From Bilabrum cf. latius (taxonomy: Eukaryota), in NCBI GenBank assembly GCA_965178125.1, contig OZ237747.1:558001-622000 (forward strand): DNA of 64,000 nucleotides, given 5' to 3'. The position numbers and the translations under genes are program-made. This document shows, piece after piece, positions 1 through 12,452 of this stretch. The first letter of the stretch is position 1, and each line of letters starts with the position of its first letter. Under the pieces are notes generated by a model. That model did no database searches. It was not told where the DNA came from and saw nothing but the letters and a program-made list of their open reading frames with translations.

Positions 1-2
1 GC

Positions 3-1541
3 AGCGGCCGCGCCTCCAGAAGCACCCTCAGTCTTGCGAGGCGAATCCCACTGAACAGTTCGTTGGAACGAGACGGTTTCCAATCGAGCAGCGAGGCGAT
101 TGCCGGGACCAATCATCTCCTGGACGCGCCGACCACAATGACCACCCTTTCATCCGCGCGAAAACCCGCCGGTTAGCCAACCAGTTATGTTTTGGATGAA
201 GGCAGGGACGACCCGCCAGCCGCCGGATCGATCCCCTCGACCATCGCCTCTCTCAGCCGAAGCGTGCCTGACCTGGGTCGGGTCGCTGCTGCCCTGAGAC
301 TGGCCCACGACTCGCCCGCTGTGAGCAGAGACAACCGGCGGGCCGAGCAGGCCGCCGTGGATGCGGCGACGGACGAGGTGCTGAAGGAGGAGCAGCACCG
401 GAAGAGGCGAAGGGACAGAGACCAGATTGGCTCGCGTGTTGGGGACATGATGCGGAGCGTCTCTTCGTTTGACCAGGACGTGAGGGAGTCCTTGGGGATG
501 GGTGGTGACGCCAGGCGAGGCGGGGTGTACAGGAGGTCCGAAGTGGACCATGACGACAGAGACAGTCGCGTGGAGTCTGCTGCAGTGTTCATGCGCGCCA
601 GGGCGAGGCAGGGCGCTGTCGCGAACCAGATCAGGCGTATGCTGGAAGAGGTAGAGGACGAGGACGACAGGGCAGCGGCTGCGGCCCGCGTGTCTGGGCG
701 CGCCGATGCCCCTGGTCTGGCTGCAGGTGCGCAGTCCTAGGACGGCGAGATGGAAGACGTGGCGAGGAAGATGCCTGGGCGGATGCTGCTGGATGTGCCT
801 GCCTCGGCCATCGCGGGCTCGAAGCACGCGGCAGGAAGTACCGAGAAGCGGACTGGCGATAGTGCAGGCAAGAGCACCGGCCTATCGGATCGCCAGGCGG
901 GTACAACTACTTCCGCTGCAACGTCCACCGGCAAGACTGGTGTGTCTGGCACCGCTCCGCCAGAGCAGCTGCCCACCCCGCTGACAGCCGCCGCCTCCGG
1001 CTCGACCGCCTTCAGATCCACGAGCACGATGCGGGTCGCCACACCCGATTCTCGCATCCTCGTGTGGCCGCTCAAAGAGCTCAAGGAGTGCGTGGAGAAC
1101 GACAGGTCGCTGCAGTACCCGCTCATGTCTCTCGCCGCTGCCGAAATGGCGGGTAGGCTGCAGCTGGCCACGCAGCAGATGCAGCGGGTGCACCGGTATC
1201 GCGAGCGGTTGCAACTTATGATTCGGCAGAACGACGGCACGCTTCGAGGGGCAGACAAGCGTGAGCTGGCCGAGCTGAGGGAGTCGCTCGGCGTGGCTGA
1301 TGCCGAGCACTGGGAGGCCCTCCACGCCCTGGGCTGGACCAGGAAGGACTACCAGAACGGGTACTCCAGGACGCAGACGAGGGCGGAACGGGCTCGTGCC
1401 GCGAGGAAAGCCGTCAAGAGCGTTCGCAAGTCGCTGGAGGGAGCGGTCAACAGCCTCGCGGGGCTGTTTGGCGGCGGAGGATCAGGTTCCAAAGACGCGA
1501 CCGAGGCACGCAGAGAGCAAGAATCGCCGGGGCGGCAATGA
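3..1541 (+). CDS. 5'-truncated protein of uncertain family; the C-terminus resembles the tail of protist Popeye/cNMP-binding-type proteins (tentative)
   Basis: One frame is open from the window edge to TGA 1539-1541, apart from TAG at 174 and 738, joining ORFs 192..740 and 750..1541. C-terminal motif DG...DKRELAELRESLGV..AEHWEALHALGWTRKDYQNG. Confidence 0.6.
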
Positions 1542-1677
1542 TTCTAACCGACAGTCTAGTCCTGGTGGCATCTATTGCATGTGTATATACGCGGCAGATG
1601 AGCTAAGCAGCGTGTACAATATCAACAATACAGCCATGGCTGCCAATTCCTTAGGAGCCAGCCACCGAATTTTCGTC

Positions 1678-2001
1678 TCAAGTGCCACCCCGCTTCGTAG
1701 ATGTCAGTGTCCATGAGGGAACTTCCACACTCTTTATCCGATCAGTGTGAATGGCTGTAACACCCATGAATGGTTTGCTCTCTCGTTCCAACTGCACACT
1801 CTCGGTGCTTGGCTCGCTTTCTGAAACCTTCGATGCCGACTTGCCTCCAGACATCAAAGTGGTGCGAGCAAGCAAAATGTTGCTATCACCATCCACAGCG
1901 ATGAGATCCCCCTCCACAACACGCTCGTCCTCGAGCGTAAGGCGGACAGGCTCGCCCATCAAACGCTGCAGAAACAGCATTTCCTGTCCTGACTTGGACA
2001 T
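1678..2001 (-). CDS. NAA38: LSM-domain protein, NatC auxiliary subunit (NAA38/Mak31)-like
   Basis: Sm1 motif LMGEPVRLTLEDERVVEGDLIAVDGDSNILL and Sm2 motif FMGVTAIHTDRIKSVEV. TGA stop. Confidence 0.7.
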   Translation of the reverse strand: MSKSGQEMLFLQRLMGEPVRLTLEDERVVEGDLIAVDGDSNILLARTTLMSGGKSASKVSESEPSTESVQLERESKPFMGVTAIHTDRIKSVEVPSWTLTSTKRGGT

Positions 2002-2407
2002 TCCTCAGACTTATAGATAAGGACACAATTATGCACCGGTATGGACCTTCTTGGGCGTTTCTTCGTGTGGGTATTGCCGATCTGAAGTTTTGTGTGGCTG
2101 GCCGGCCGGCAGTGCAATGCAGTCTGCAGCTCGAGGCTCGATGATGAGCATGCTGCAAGAAGGCAGCAGTGCTCATGGCTGGTGGCATTGCAGCCCAACA
2201 GGCCAGTTGCCTGCCGATTGCGCGTGCCGTGTAGAGCGCATGCTCCCACCCAGTGTGGACTCGGATCGTGCATCAGCTCGAGACTCTGTTCATCAATCAA
2301 TATGTGGCACCCATCGACCTACCCCCACGGTTTCGGGTATACGCTAGAAGCCGGTTGCACCAGCCGCCTGGACACAGGTCAGGATGCCTCCTAGCGCACC
2401 ACCATCA

Positions 2408-3405
2408 TCAATCCACGATCTGCAGTTCCTCCTCCAGCTGATCGAGAGTGAGGAACCCGCCGAGCTTCTTGCCCTGGATGACCCACGCGGGCGCATCGAT
2501 GTGCTCCTGCTCGCACTTGCCCTCGGCCGTGGAGCAGTCCGTCTTCTGCACATACGACCACTGCTTGCCCAGTACAGTGGCCTGCTGACGAGCCACCACG
2601 TCGACAACGTCGCGCTGGTAGTACATGTGGGACACGGTGAGGAGCCGCCTCACAGCCCTGTCCTGCCTCTCGGGTCTCGAGAGCTCGGGCGGCCTCTCGT
2701 CAGTGATGGACATGGTCTTGCCATTGGGCAGGGTCAGCTGCAGGTAGTGGAAGTCGGAAGGCTTGTCGTGGCTGACCTCGGCCCACACGATGCCCCTGCC
2801 TCTGGAGGACTCCACGCCGAACTTGATCCTCGTGAACTTGTGGCCCTTACGCTCGTACGTGTAGCTCTTGATGTCGTGCCGCCTGCCCTCGGCGTGCCCG
2901 CCGCCGTCGACGCCGAACGACTTGGTCACCTCACCGAACTGCTGCTACACCTCAGGATCCGTAGTCAGTCGGTGAACCGCCAAATTCTTAATCGTGATTG
3001 CCGAGGTGGAGCTGCGAGGTTGCGAGAGCACGACAGGAAGAGCGGGACCGATAGGGGGCTTGTTGCGAATCAGCGGAAATACAGCTGGCTAGCACCTTAC
3101 GTAGGAAGCAACTCTCTAATAATATAAACGAAGAAGAAGCCGCACACGCCGACCAAAGTGAGAACCATGAAGACTTGCAGCCACGGCACGTCTTCCACGT
3201 CGACGTCTTCGTAATCCTCGTCCTCTTCCTACTCCTTCTTCTCATCACCCTCCTGATTTCCAGCTTGTGCGCCCTCTGCACCAGCGCCGCCACCTTCCGC
3301 TCCACCCTCCTTTGCCTGACGAACGGGGAGACTTGCGAGGAGCTGCCGCACGCCAGTGCCGTGCAGGGATCTTCGGCTTAGTCCCAGTTGCCTAGCTGGC
3401 ACCAT
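2408..3405 (-). CDS. TIM21: Mitochondrial import subunit Tim21 with a C-terminal thioredoxin-like domain
   Basis: Arg-rich presequence MVPARQLGLSRRSLHG, a TM helix ending IIRELLP, intron 3012-3100 (GTAAG..GCAG), and Tim21 domain DPEV*QQFGEVTKSFG...EGRRH. In-frame TAG at 3229 and 2945; TGA stop. The start codon is uncertain. Confidence 0.8.
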
Positions 3406-3604
3406 TGTACATACGCTTTCAAACTATTTCTAGACGCAGCTGCCGCTTCGGAATGATTCTGAACCGGTAGAGTAGGCAAAACGACCAGATGCAGACTGCA
3501 CTATAGCTAGCGACCACCTTTGAGCCGCAGCTCCTGATCGAGGGAGGACCAACGAAGAGGAAGATGAAGGAGAGACAATCCTACGAACTAATCGCTGCAT
3601 CGGA

Positions 3605-6600
3605 ATGATTCAGGATGCCTGGTTTCGGAACTATGGGCAGTGTTCGTTCCACCTGCGGTTCCTCCGACCGCACTCATCATCATCTACAAATATATTTGGC
3701 GGGAATTCACTTCTTTCATGTAGCAGCAGCGGTATGAACCGAGCCATTATACAAGAAACAGCTAGATTTACTCGTGCCGCACACAGGCATCCGGCTGTAG
3801 TTCATTTGTTGCTTTCGTCCAGCCATGAGATCTCTGCGGCGTGGGGCAAGTATGGCAGAGGTAAGGACAGCCATTGGCACCAGCTGGGAGTAGATCCGCC
3901 GGCACGAATAGGACGTTATTGGTATCAACGGTAGGAGACTCGCGATTCTGTAGCTGATTTGGACCTGATTATGAGATGGCGAGTCAAGCAGGGAGTTGGG
4001 GAGCAATCTTGGCTCCCGCCATCCTCCAGCCATGACTTGCAACGGCAGCAAGCGAAAGGAATGATAAGCCGTGGGCATATCTGCATCTCTTCCATTGATG
4101 CAGCGGCGGCCGTTGCTCGAGATGACGCACGAGTGCAGGTACTTGACTGTGAGGTCGAGCAGCGGCGCATCAGCTTGAGCGGCCGCTTTGCTGCGCTTGT
4201 ACTCCAGCCGTTCGGTGACGATAGAGCTATTCTCTAGCTATGGTAGTGTGGGCTTCAGACGAAGCAAGCGGGCCTTTTATGGTCTGCAGGGAACGCGCAT
4301 CGGGCATGCTTCGCGAATGGCGGAGCACTTGCACCAAATGCAACGGCGGCAGGAGCATCGCACGCTGAGGCAAAATAGTCCGTAGTGGTTTGGTCGGAAC
4401 TATATCATGATATGCTTGACGGTTAGCTGAGGGCAAGATCCGTTCGCTGGAAGCAGGCGGCGCAGGATGAAGATGGTGGAAGCACCGGCATCGGGTCAGG
4501 CGCACTCGTGGTGCCTTCAACCACGCAATTTTTGTCGCAGTCACCCGCAGGCCGCCTGCTATTTGCGGACTGCTCGTCCAGCAAAGACGAAGGATCGCTG
4601 TTTGTGTCTCTGTCAGACCGCACGACGATCGAATCGTGGGTCGCCATTGGATCCAGGTTCGAAAGCGCGCGAATACGCCTGCAGCCGGCAGGCCAGGAGC
4701 AGCGGCAAGACAACGGCGCCCGCAGGATGATCCGACTGCTGACTCGATCAATTGGCGGCCAGCTATTCCCGGAATCGACGGACAGTCACGTGTACGCGCT
4801 CACAGACGTCCCGGCCAGGGGCTCCACATCATGGAATCGAGCCCAGGCTAAACGAAGCCCGGCTGATGCAGGTAGGTCAAGCACTGCAGATGCAAGCATG
4901 GACGCAGAAGTGGCTCGCGAGGCACTGCGTGAGGAGCGGGCAGTGTATGGTGGCGCGGCACCCTTGCGAATCGTGAGGGCTTCGTTTAGCCAGATACTTG
5001 GGAGCGGATAGGTTCACACTGTAGGCTGTCCCGCCCCCATAGGGTGCGATGATGATCTTGAGTACGCCCCAGGCACCGTCGATTCAATGCTGCCGCTGTG
5101 GGATTGGGAGGAGTTGCAGGTGGTTGGCACGCACGAGCAGGCGGCTGCAGACTGGCAGACGGTTGACTACGACTTGTACAGCCAGCCAGCCACCGATGCG
5201 AGCACGCTCACAACATTGAAGCAAGCAGGTGCTGACCGGAGCCGGCTGCGCTGCAAGCCTGAGGCCCGCCCACCTGTAATGGTCCAGTATCAGCTGTGTG
5301 GTCAAACAGGCCGCCCCCGTGTCATCGCAAGCACGCTACCACCGCACGGAACAGAAGCAGATAGCGATTAGCTACAAGTACGGCAGCTGCAAGCTGTCGA
5401 GTTGCCGTCGATGGATGACGCCGTAGGGATCGAAGCGAGGTCGAACGACGACCCTTCCTCGCCTGTGGTTCGCTACATCATCAAACGCGGGGCTGGCTAG
5501 CAAGTGCCAGTCGATGTGGTCCTCTATTGCGATAGTAGCGGTGTGCTACGCAACTGTTCTCTACCAATGACGCGCTCTTCGACGATATTCGAGAAGACGA
5601 GCACTACTGCAAACAACACTAGCTCGGCCAAACCTACAAGCTTGCTTGGCCGTCTAGCATCGGCAGTATAGAGCGTGCTTCCAAACAACGACCAAGATGA
5701 CGTAGAGCGTAACATGTCGCTACAGCCACCGCGACTGGGCCGTGCCAGCACCGTTGCAACCGTGCACAGCCATAAAGCCTCCAGTAATCTTTAGCCAAAC
5801 GAGCTGGAAGTCATCGCTGCAGATGCAATCCGAGGCCATACGAAGCGGTCGCCGAAGTCATTTCAAACGGAGTGGGTCGCGCGGTAGGACCTGCAGCAGG
5901 CACGGGATACCATACCGCCCACGCAGCTGAAGCTGCAGACGAGATACGAGTAGCCTCTCGAGCTTGCTTCTCGAAGGCTGTCCGTGCCTGTTCGGTACGG
6001 AGCAGAGAACCTTGACTTCGGGATGTACGAATCCCTGCTCGAAAGGAAGGGAGCCCTCGCACCAGAAAGCGTACCGATAACTGTGACTGGACACCCGGAC
6101 GCACTGTCTTGCTTTGAGGACACCTTGCATAGGGGCTGTACGTCGCCGGAGAGTGAGTATGGCGCGGGTCACTTCCCCGTGGCGGTTAGCGTGTACGGGT
6201 GCTACGGGGTGTCATTGAACAACAGCTTTGACGTGGGGATGCTTCCGTTCTACCTTCGAGGCGGCGTGATGGTGTACGCACACGTGCGCGGTGGTGGTGA
6301 GCGAGGGCAGGCATGGCACGCTGCGGGTCGTGGCCCAGTGGGAAAGGCACTCGCTGCACACGATCTGGCAGCTGTGCTACGTATTGCCAGTGCTGCATGC
6401 GGTGATCATTCGGTCGGGTTGGTGGCTGAAAGCGCAGGCGGGGTCTTGGCTGGCTGGGCGCTTGCTTGCAAGGCATCCGGCGTGCACTCCCACGCCTGGC
6501 TGCCACCACCAGCCGCACTGCCTGCCATAGAAGCTGCGTTCTTGAGTTGTCCGTTTGTCGACTTGGGAGGGGCAGCGGCAGCTCACCGTGATGCGGCCAA

Positions 6601-7096
6601 TCGTGACAATACGAACACTACGTGCGCTGCCGGTGGTGCTGGATACGAAGGTATCGCAGGGGATGCCCTCTTTGCCCAGGAGCTATCCGAGTGGGGAGAC
6701 CCTGCGGCCCCAGGGGGTCAAGGAAATGAAGCCTTCGAACTCCTGCGTGGCCTTTGTCCAACTTCGACAGCAAGGCAAGGAAGGGTAAACAAAGGCGCTA
6801 CAGCCGATGTGACCAGCCAGCCTCGCGTGGTGCTGACTACTGGCGAACTGGACCTGCGTGTGCCGGCCGATACGGTGCTGCGATTCGGTGAGGCACTGCG
6901 TGGCGTCGGCTGCAACGTGACGTTGATTGGAAATAGTGGGCCAGGGTCAGGCCATTTGAACGACAATGGGGCCATAGAGATCGCAGATGGCGCATCAGAG
7001 GTGCAAGAGAAGGCGGTGAGGTCGGCATTCCTGTCGGCCGTGCTGAGTCCTGGTGCAAGCCAAGCGCATTGGCCGAGAAGCGGTTTCTCGAACTGA
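3605..7096 (+). CDS. Prolyl oligopeptidase family S9A (oligopeptidase B/PREPL-like), about 1163 aa
   Basis: ORFs 3605, 3959, 4508, 5087 and 5984 share one frame, separated only by 12 TAG codons. Motifs YGCYG and HVRGGGERGQAWH; catalytic AESAGG (Ser), DLRVP (Asp) and GH (His). TGA stop. Confidence 0.85.
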
Positions 7097-7180
7097 TTGC
7101 GCGGCCTGGCAACGGGATCCTTCAAAGATAGCGCCATGAACTCGTAGATCAACTTATCCCGTTTGGGTTTATCAATTTCA

Positions 7181-9610
7181 TCACCCGCACACCCGTTCCA
7201 CACATTCTCTAAGCACATCTTCAGGAGCATCTGGAGAAGCCGCAACCCCCCCCGTTCCGGCTTCCACAGCGGCGCCGTCTCCCGTGCCTCTGGACTTGCT
7301 ACCTCCTTCTTGCAGCCACGTATGCGCCAGCCTAGATCGCAGCACCGCCCGCGCCTTGTCGCCTGCAGCTGCAACCACAGCGAGCATTAGCAGCACGGCT
7401 TGCTCCACGACATTGGCCCGGACTGCCACGCTGGCTGCTACTGGAGGTGCTGACAGGAAGCCCTCATCACCATGACTGGCGTCACCCGTGAGCTCTGACT
7501 TCTTTGCCTCTTCCCCACTGCCTGCTTCGTCTGCCTTGCCAGCGCGCAGCCTGTACAGGACCTGGAGAGTGTGCCACTCCTGAGATGCATCCAAGTCCAC
7601 GAGTGCACCCCGTTTGCGGATGGCAGCTACGGCGGTCGCGAGTGTGGTTTCTAGCAGGATGCTATCTACAAGCAGGATGCCAGGGGCACCCAGCACCAGG
7701 GCACGCAGGCCTACCAGGCCGGTTTCCACGAGGGCAGCGTCGGTGCTGTCTGCAGCCATGCCGACGAACAAGGAATGCAGGCCATCCGCATGGCGGCCGA
7801 TCCTGAAGCCGAATGATACACACAGAGCGGGTATACACGCTGCGAGCGCCCGGCGCTCCCTTCTGTTCGTGGAAAGCTTAATGGCGTCAATCAGCTCACG
7901 CGTGGTGTCATCGTAGGCCACATGAGGGGGCGGGCCCCGTAGCAGTCTCAAGGAGTCGATGTTAGCCATTGTGCACAGCGCTCTGACGCAAGGTGAGTCG
8001 CAGGCGCTTGCTCTGCGCAACGCCTCCACTATCAGCGGGGCGTAGGGCAGGAGGGCGGCATCTGCTGGCCTCATCGAGATCACTCTGTAGAGCACGCTGA
8101 CGCCAGCGTATGCATTTGCGGGATCGGAATCAACCGAGAGGCCAGCAGCGACAGAAATGCAGCACGCAATCGTCTCTTTGGTGTTCATGGAGGCTCTCGT
8201 CTGGTTGCACGCGAGCCATGCCGCCCTCCACCTCGTGTGACCGTCGTCCTTCCACGCCTTCATCGCATCCCTCCCGAGCCGTACCAGGAGCTCTGCCCCG
8301 CACAGCTCCATCAGCATGGATATGCTTGCATCCAGTGATGAACGGGATGGCAGATGCGATGCTGGTGGCTCCGCAGACTTGCTTGATTCCATTGAGGCAG
8401 CCGCTTCGCTGCTACTGGCCGCGCGTTGGCCCGCTTCTTGCGAGCCCGGGCCACCAGCTGATCCTTCAAACAACTCAGTCGGTTTATCTGCCGCATCACC
8501 ACGCACTCCTGCCGCCAGACACGCGCACCACGCGGCTCTCCTCGCAATGGAGCGGCTTCCGAATGGCGTGCGAGGCAGAGCGATCGCGAGCGCTGGAACA
8601 AGCCATCGCGCGAGCTCGCCAGCGGTCGGCCAGGCCTCTCCCGGAGACACAGTAGTTTCATTGGTAGCTGTAGCATCGATTGCTCCAATGTCAGGTAGTG
8701 TTCCACCAGCCCCGAGCCCCCTGGCTTCGAGGCACCTCCTCACTGTATCCCACGCAGCCAGCTGCAAGCCGGCCCAGACGCTCGCACCTGTAAGTCGTTC
8801 CATGGTTTCTGCCATTTCCTCATCGTTTCGATACCTCCCATCAGTCTCGGGTGGACGCTCCTCGCCTGACTACGCCACACCTTCGAACCGGGCCGACTCG
8901 CGGGCAATCGCCGCGGTGGTGCCCGGTGTCACCGCAGCACCACCGCCAGTCTTGCCGCATCTTTTGGTGCACGGAGCTCCTCGCACGTGGTAGGCACCGG
9001 CTGGACCGAGAATGTCGTGTCCCCACTCGTCATCTTGTGCCCAAGTATCCGGCCCTGCCTTCGATGCCACACGGGGTGCATGCTTGCCGTCGTCCTGCAT
9101 GGCTCGTCTCCATGCGTGGTATACCGTACTTCTGGGGGGCCTCTCCCACCACCAAGCAAGCCCATCGTCTCCAAATGCAGTGAATTCGAGAGACCTTGCC
9201 AGCAGGATTGATTTGGAAGAGTCCTCCACAGAGTGCTATGGCGCTGTGATTCGTGTGACCGCCGCTGCAACTGCGTCTGATCCTGCAACCCAAATCGCCG
9301 CTATAGCATCTTTTTCGGTGATTTTACGCCCATCGTCATGTAGTACCGTATCAAACAAATGTGATCGCAGCCTTGGAATAGGAGCAACTGACCCTGCACC
9401 GAAATGGCGTAGGTCGGGCGGTGCACCTAGCCATTCCAATAGTCTACGAAGCAGTCTGGCAGTTGGTCTTGCTCGCTGCATCAGGCAGGAAATTCGTTTG
9501 ATGATCTAGCATGATACTTCTTGCACGCACTCAGTCGTCGGGGTCCACTCATTCGGATATAATGTGCGCAGGTTTCCCAACATATCATGGAGCTCGCTAT
9601 TGCCAGCCAT
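7181..9610 (-). CDS. TTI2: HEAT/ARM-repeat protein, TTI2 (TELO2-interacting protein 2)-like, about 809 aa
   Basis: ORFs 9236..9481, 8870..9229 and 7181..8815 are in one frame, joined by TAG at 9506, 9236 and 8870; ATG at 9610. The helical region AWKDDGHTRWRAAWL...SVDSDPANAYAGVSVLYRVI resembles Tti2. Confidence 0.6.
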
Positions 9611-9807
9611 TGTGGTTTCAGGCTCGCTCTAGTATGAGGAGCCGTATGAGAGTAACAAATCGATATGGCAAGGCTGCACAGCTCTGGATGTCATTCAAAC
9701 AGACGCTTTGATTGATCCTCGGCTGGCACTTGCCGCACTGGAATGCCTCATTTAGACCGGAGCTCCGTAATTCCCACATATTGTGCCGACCTAATTTCTC
9801 GATTGCC

Positions 9808-10823
9808 ATGGCATCATCTGCAGGAAGTGCTGTTCAAGAGTCAAAAGAAGATTCCAAAGAGTCTATTGTTGCAGAGATGGCCTCTAAACTACCCGATAAA
9901 GGATCCAAGTTGCCGATCGTATTCGGCCCAGTGCATTCACGCAACGTTGGAGCTGTGCGATTGCTTGTAGACCGTGTACTACCCGTTACATACAGCGATT
10001 CATTCTGGAGCAAACTTGTGCAGGGCACGAATGCCCTGTCCGTGATGGGTAAGGCAATAGCTACGGATGCCTTATTGTTCGAATCAGATTTGTCTGGCGC
10101 CTATGAACCAGCTGTCATTGTGCATTGCTTATTATCGCAGCTTATTTGTCTGATCTTTTTGTTGGTACCATTTGCACACGACTCGAGCGGCGGCCGGATG
10201 GCAAGAATAGAGCGTACATCATGATTCTTGCTGTGCTTCCCGCATACCGAACCATCGGAGTCGGCACGCAGCTGCTCAGGAGACTGATGCTAAAAGTAAT
10301 GGGCACAAAAGATGCATCAGCGAAGGATGAGGACTTTGGTACGATTGCCGCTGGCCTGGTTGGCAAGGATGGGAAGCCGACAGCACTGTCGCTCACCAAG
10401 TCATCCGGTGCTTCATCATCAGCCTCAGCACCAGCGTCAGCACCAGCACCGAGTGGAGGAGGAGGAGGTGGTGGTCGCCGCGGTCGCCGTCGCGGTGGTC
10501 GTAAGCGAGGAGGGGGTGGAGCAGCTGCCGCGGCAGCAGGGGGGGCCGCCAAGCCCGGGTCGGCAGGCTCAGCCGCTCCGAGCGCCGAGTGCGTGGAAGT
10601 CTACCTGCACGTGCAGAGCACGAACGAGGGCGCGCGCAAGCTGTACAGGAGCGCTGGATTTGATGAGGTGAAGGAAGTGAAGAACTACTACGGCAGGCTG
10701 GAAGACAAGGACGCCATGCTCCTGCGGTGGTGCGCTCCCGGGTCGGAGCCCAGCGTGGGCACGGGTGCGGACGGGGATGCGCCAAGCAAGGCAGCTGCCG
10801 GGGAGGGCGGGGCGGAGAGCTGA
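9808..10823 (+). CDS. NAA50: N-alpha-acetyltransferase 50 (GNAT)
   Basis: VLPVTYSDSFW, intron 10049-10140, AYLSDLFVGTICTR, AYIMILAVLPAYRTIGVGTQLL, VYLHVQSTNEGARKLYRSAGF, KNYYGRLEDKDA. TGA stop. Confidence 0.9.
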
Positions 10824-10898
10824 AAATAGTATTACTGCTCTATCCATCCTGTGAAGGTCACGCTGTACAAGTCACCTGAGTGCGTTTTAGAGTCCATC

Positions 10899-11278
10899 TC
10901 AAGGAATGAACCACAGCACGTCTCTCGCCACCGCCCCAAAGCAGTCCGCCAGCTCAAAGGGAGCAATGAAGAGCGGGCTAGCAACCAGGGCTGTTCCAAT
11001 CTGCACCCAGAAAGCCTGCCAAGGCGCTCTCTACTTCATGCCTAGCGACATGATCGCGACCGCTGCCACGGCCTGCAGCAGGAAGAACAAGAGCTGGCTG
11101 CCACCGCAGTCGTACTGCCTGCCTCCAAGCCACGGCACCTTCCGCCCCACTGCGCTGCATAGAGCCTCCGAGAATGACCAGCCCAGAGACCCCTCCGTTC
11201 CAGGGCTCAAGTCTGGCCCGATTCCGTCCCCAACCAAGTCAGATGCAGACAGACTCTCCCCCTCTCCGCCGGACCACC

Positions 11279-11311
<33 letters not shown>

Positions 11312-12452
11312 TTACAGGTGCTGCCGTGGGCAGTTTCGAGAGCGCAACGACGCAGACGAATTCGTGCCACAGACCAGATAGTATGAAAATGGCCACGGCG
11401 GGCCAAGGGCCGTCCCTAGTACCCACCATGCCTTGCACCATCCGTCCCACCCCAAGCTTCAGGGCCTGACTTACTGGCGCATGCCAAGAGTTGCCCCAGA
11501 AACTCCCGCGCCGCAGGATGCCCAGCCACCTCTCGTTGTCCTCAGTCAGCGATGGCACAGGCTCATATACGGCCAGAACCCGCGCCACGCCATCGGGTGC
11601 CTCACGAGCTCCGATCGTTGCGACCGGACCCAGCCCCTGTCTGCAGTCAGCGCCGGGGTCTACCACATAGGTGGCCCCGGTTGCGCGATGAATATCTCTG
11701 AAGCTGCCAGCCAGCTCTTCACTTAGAGCTTCGATCGAATCGTCATCGACCGCGTCATTCGATGGGTAGGACCCGAGGGGGTGGCGGGGTGGGGGCGGGG
11801 CCCGATTCTGCCTGTCACTGTGCCGTGCTAGTTGACATTTGGTCGTAGCCTATCTGGTAATGTACTGGTGCCTGAACTCTCCACGCACCAGAATACCAAT
11901 TCTGAAGCAGCTACCAACAGGAAAGAAAAGTCCGAATGGAACCTCGACTATTGTCGCTGGTTTTTCCAGCAGGTATCCGGCAACTTGTGGCGCAGTCTGA
12001 TTTGGAGCGGTGGCTAAATGTGTATAGGCACCGAACAACACAATGAATAAGCAAATGAGGTCCTCCATAAGCGCCATAGCTGCATACAGACTTGCACCGC
12101 GGCATACAATCCATAAGCATGTCGCTGGGACCGCAAGCAAAGGAATGCCAGCCAAGCTAGCAAACGGCATAATCTAGATGGAGGACAGCCAGCTTCCAAC
12201 CAGCATGCTCAGCCGGAACACGAGAGCGTGGCAAAGAAAGCGAAATAAAAAATACATAGTATTGCTTTCGAGGTACCCTCGCCAAAAGAGGCCAGGGCAA
12301 ATGTATCGGGAACTTGATTCCGGCCGAGTCGAGCTAGTTGGCTGTGGTCTAGATGCCCGCGTAATGGTTCCCCAGCCGACCACCAAAAACACCTGCAATA
12401 TCCATCGGAACATTGTCCATGCACCGCTGCTGCCAGCAGGTGTAGATGCCAT
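10899..12452 (-). CDS. MBOAT-family (wax synthase-like) O-acyltransferase, about 517 aa
   Basis: Single frame through TAG at 12174, 11850 and 11031 to TGA 10899. Motifs SFWGNSWH and FILSGLWHE (catalytic His); multiple TM segments. Confidence 0.75.
11281..11310. repeat. (GAC)10 trinucleotide microsatellite encoding poly-Ser in the MBOAT gene
   Basis: Perfect gac repeat read directly from the sequence. Confidence 0.95.

Noticed and set aside
1678-10823. Functional clustering of N-terminal acetyltransferase subunits (NAA38 and NAA50)
   Set aside because: They belong to different complexes (NatC and NatE) and are separated by three unrelated genes, so this is probably coincidence.
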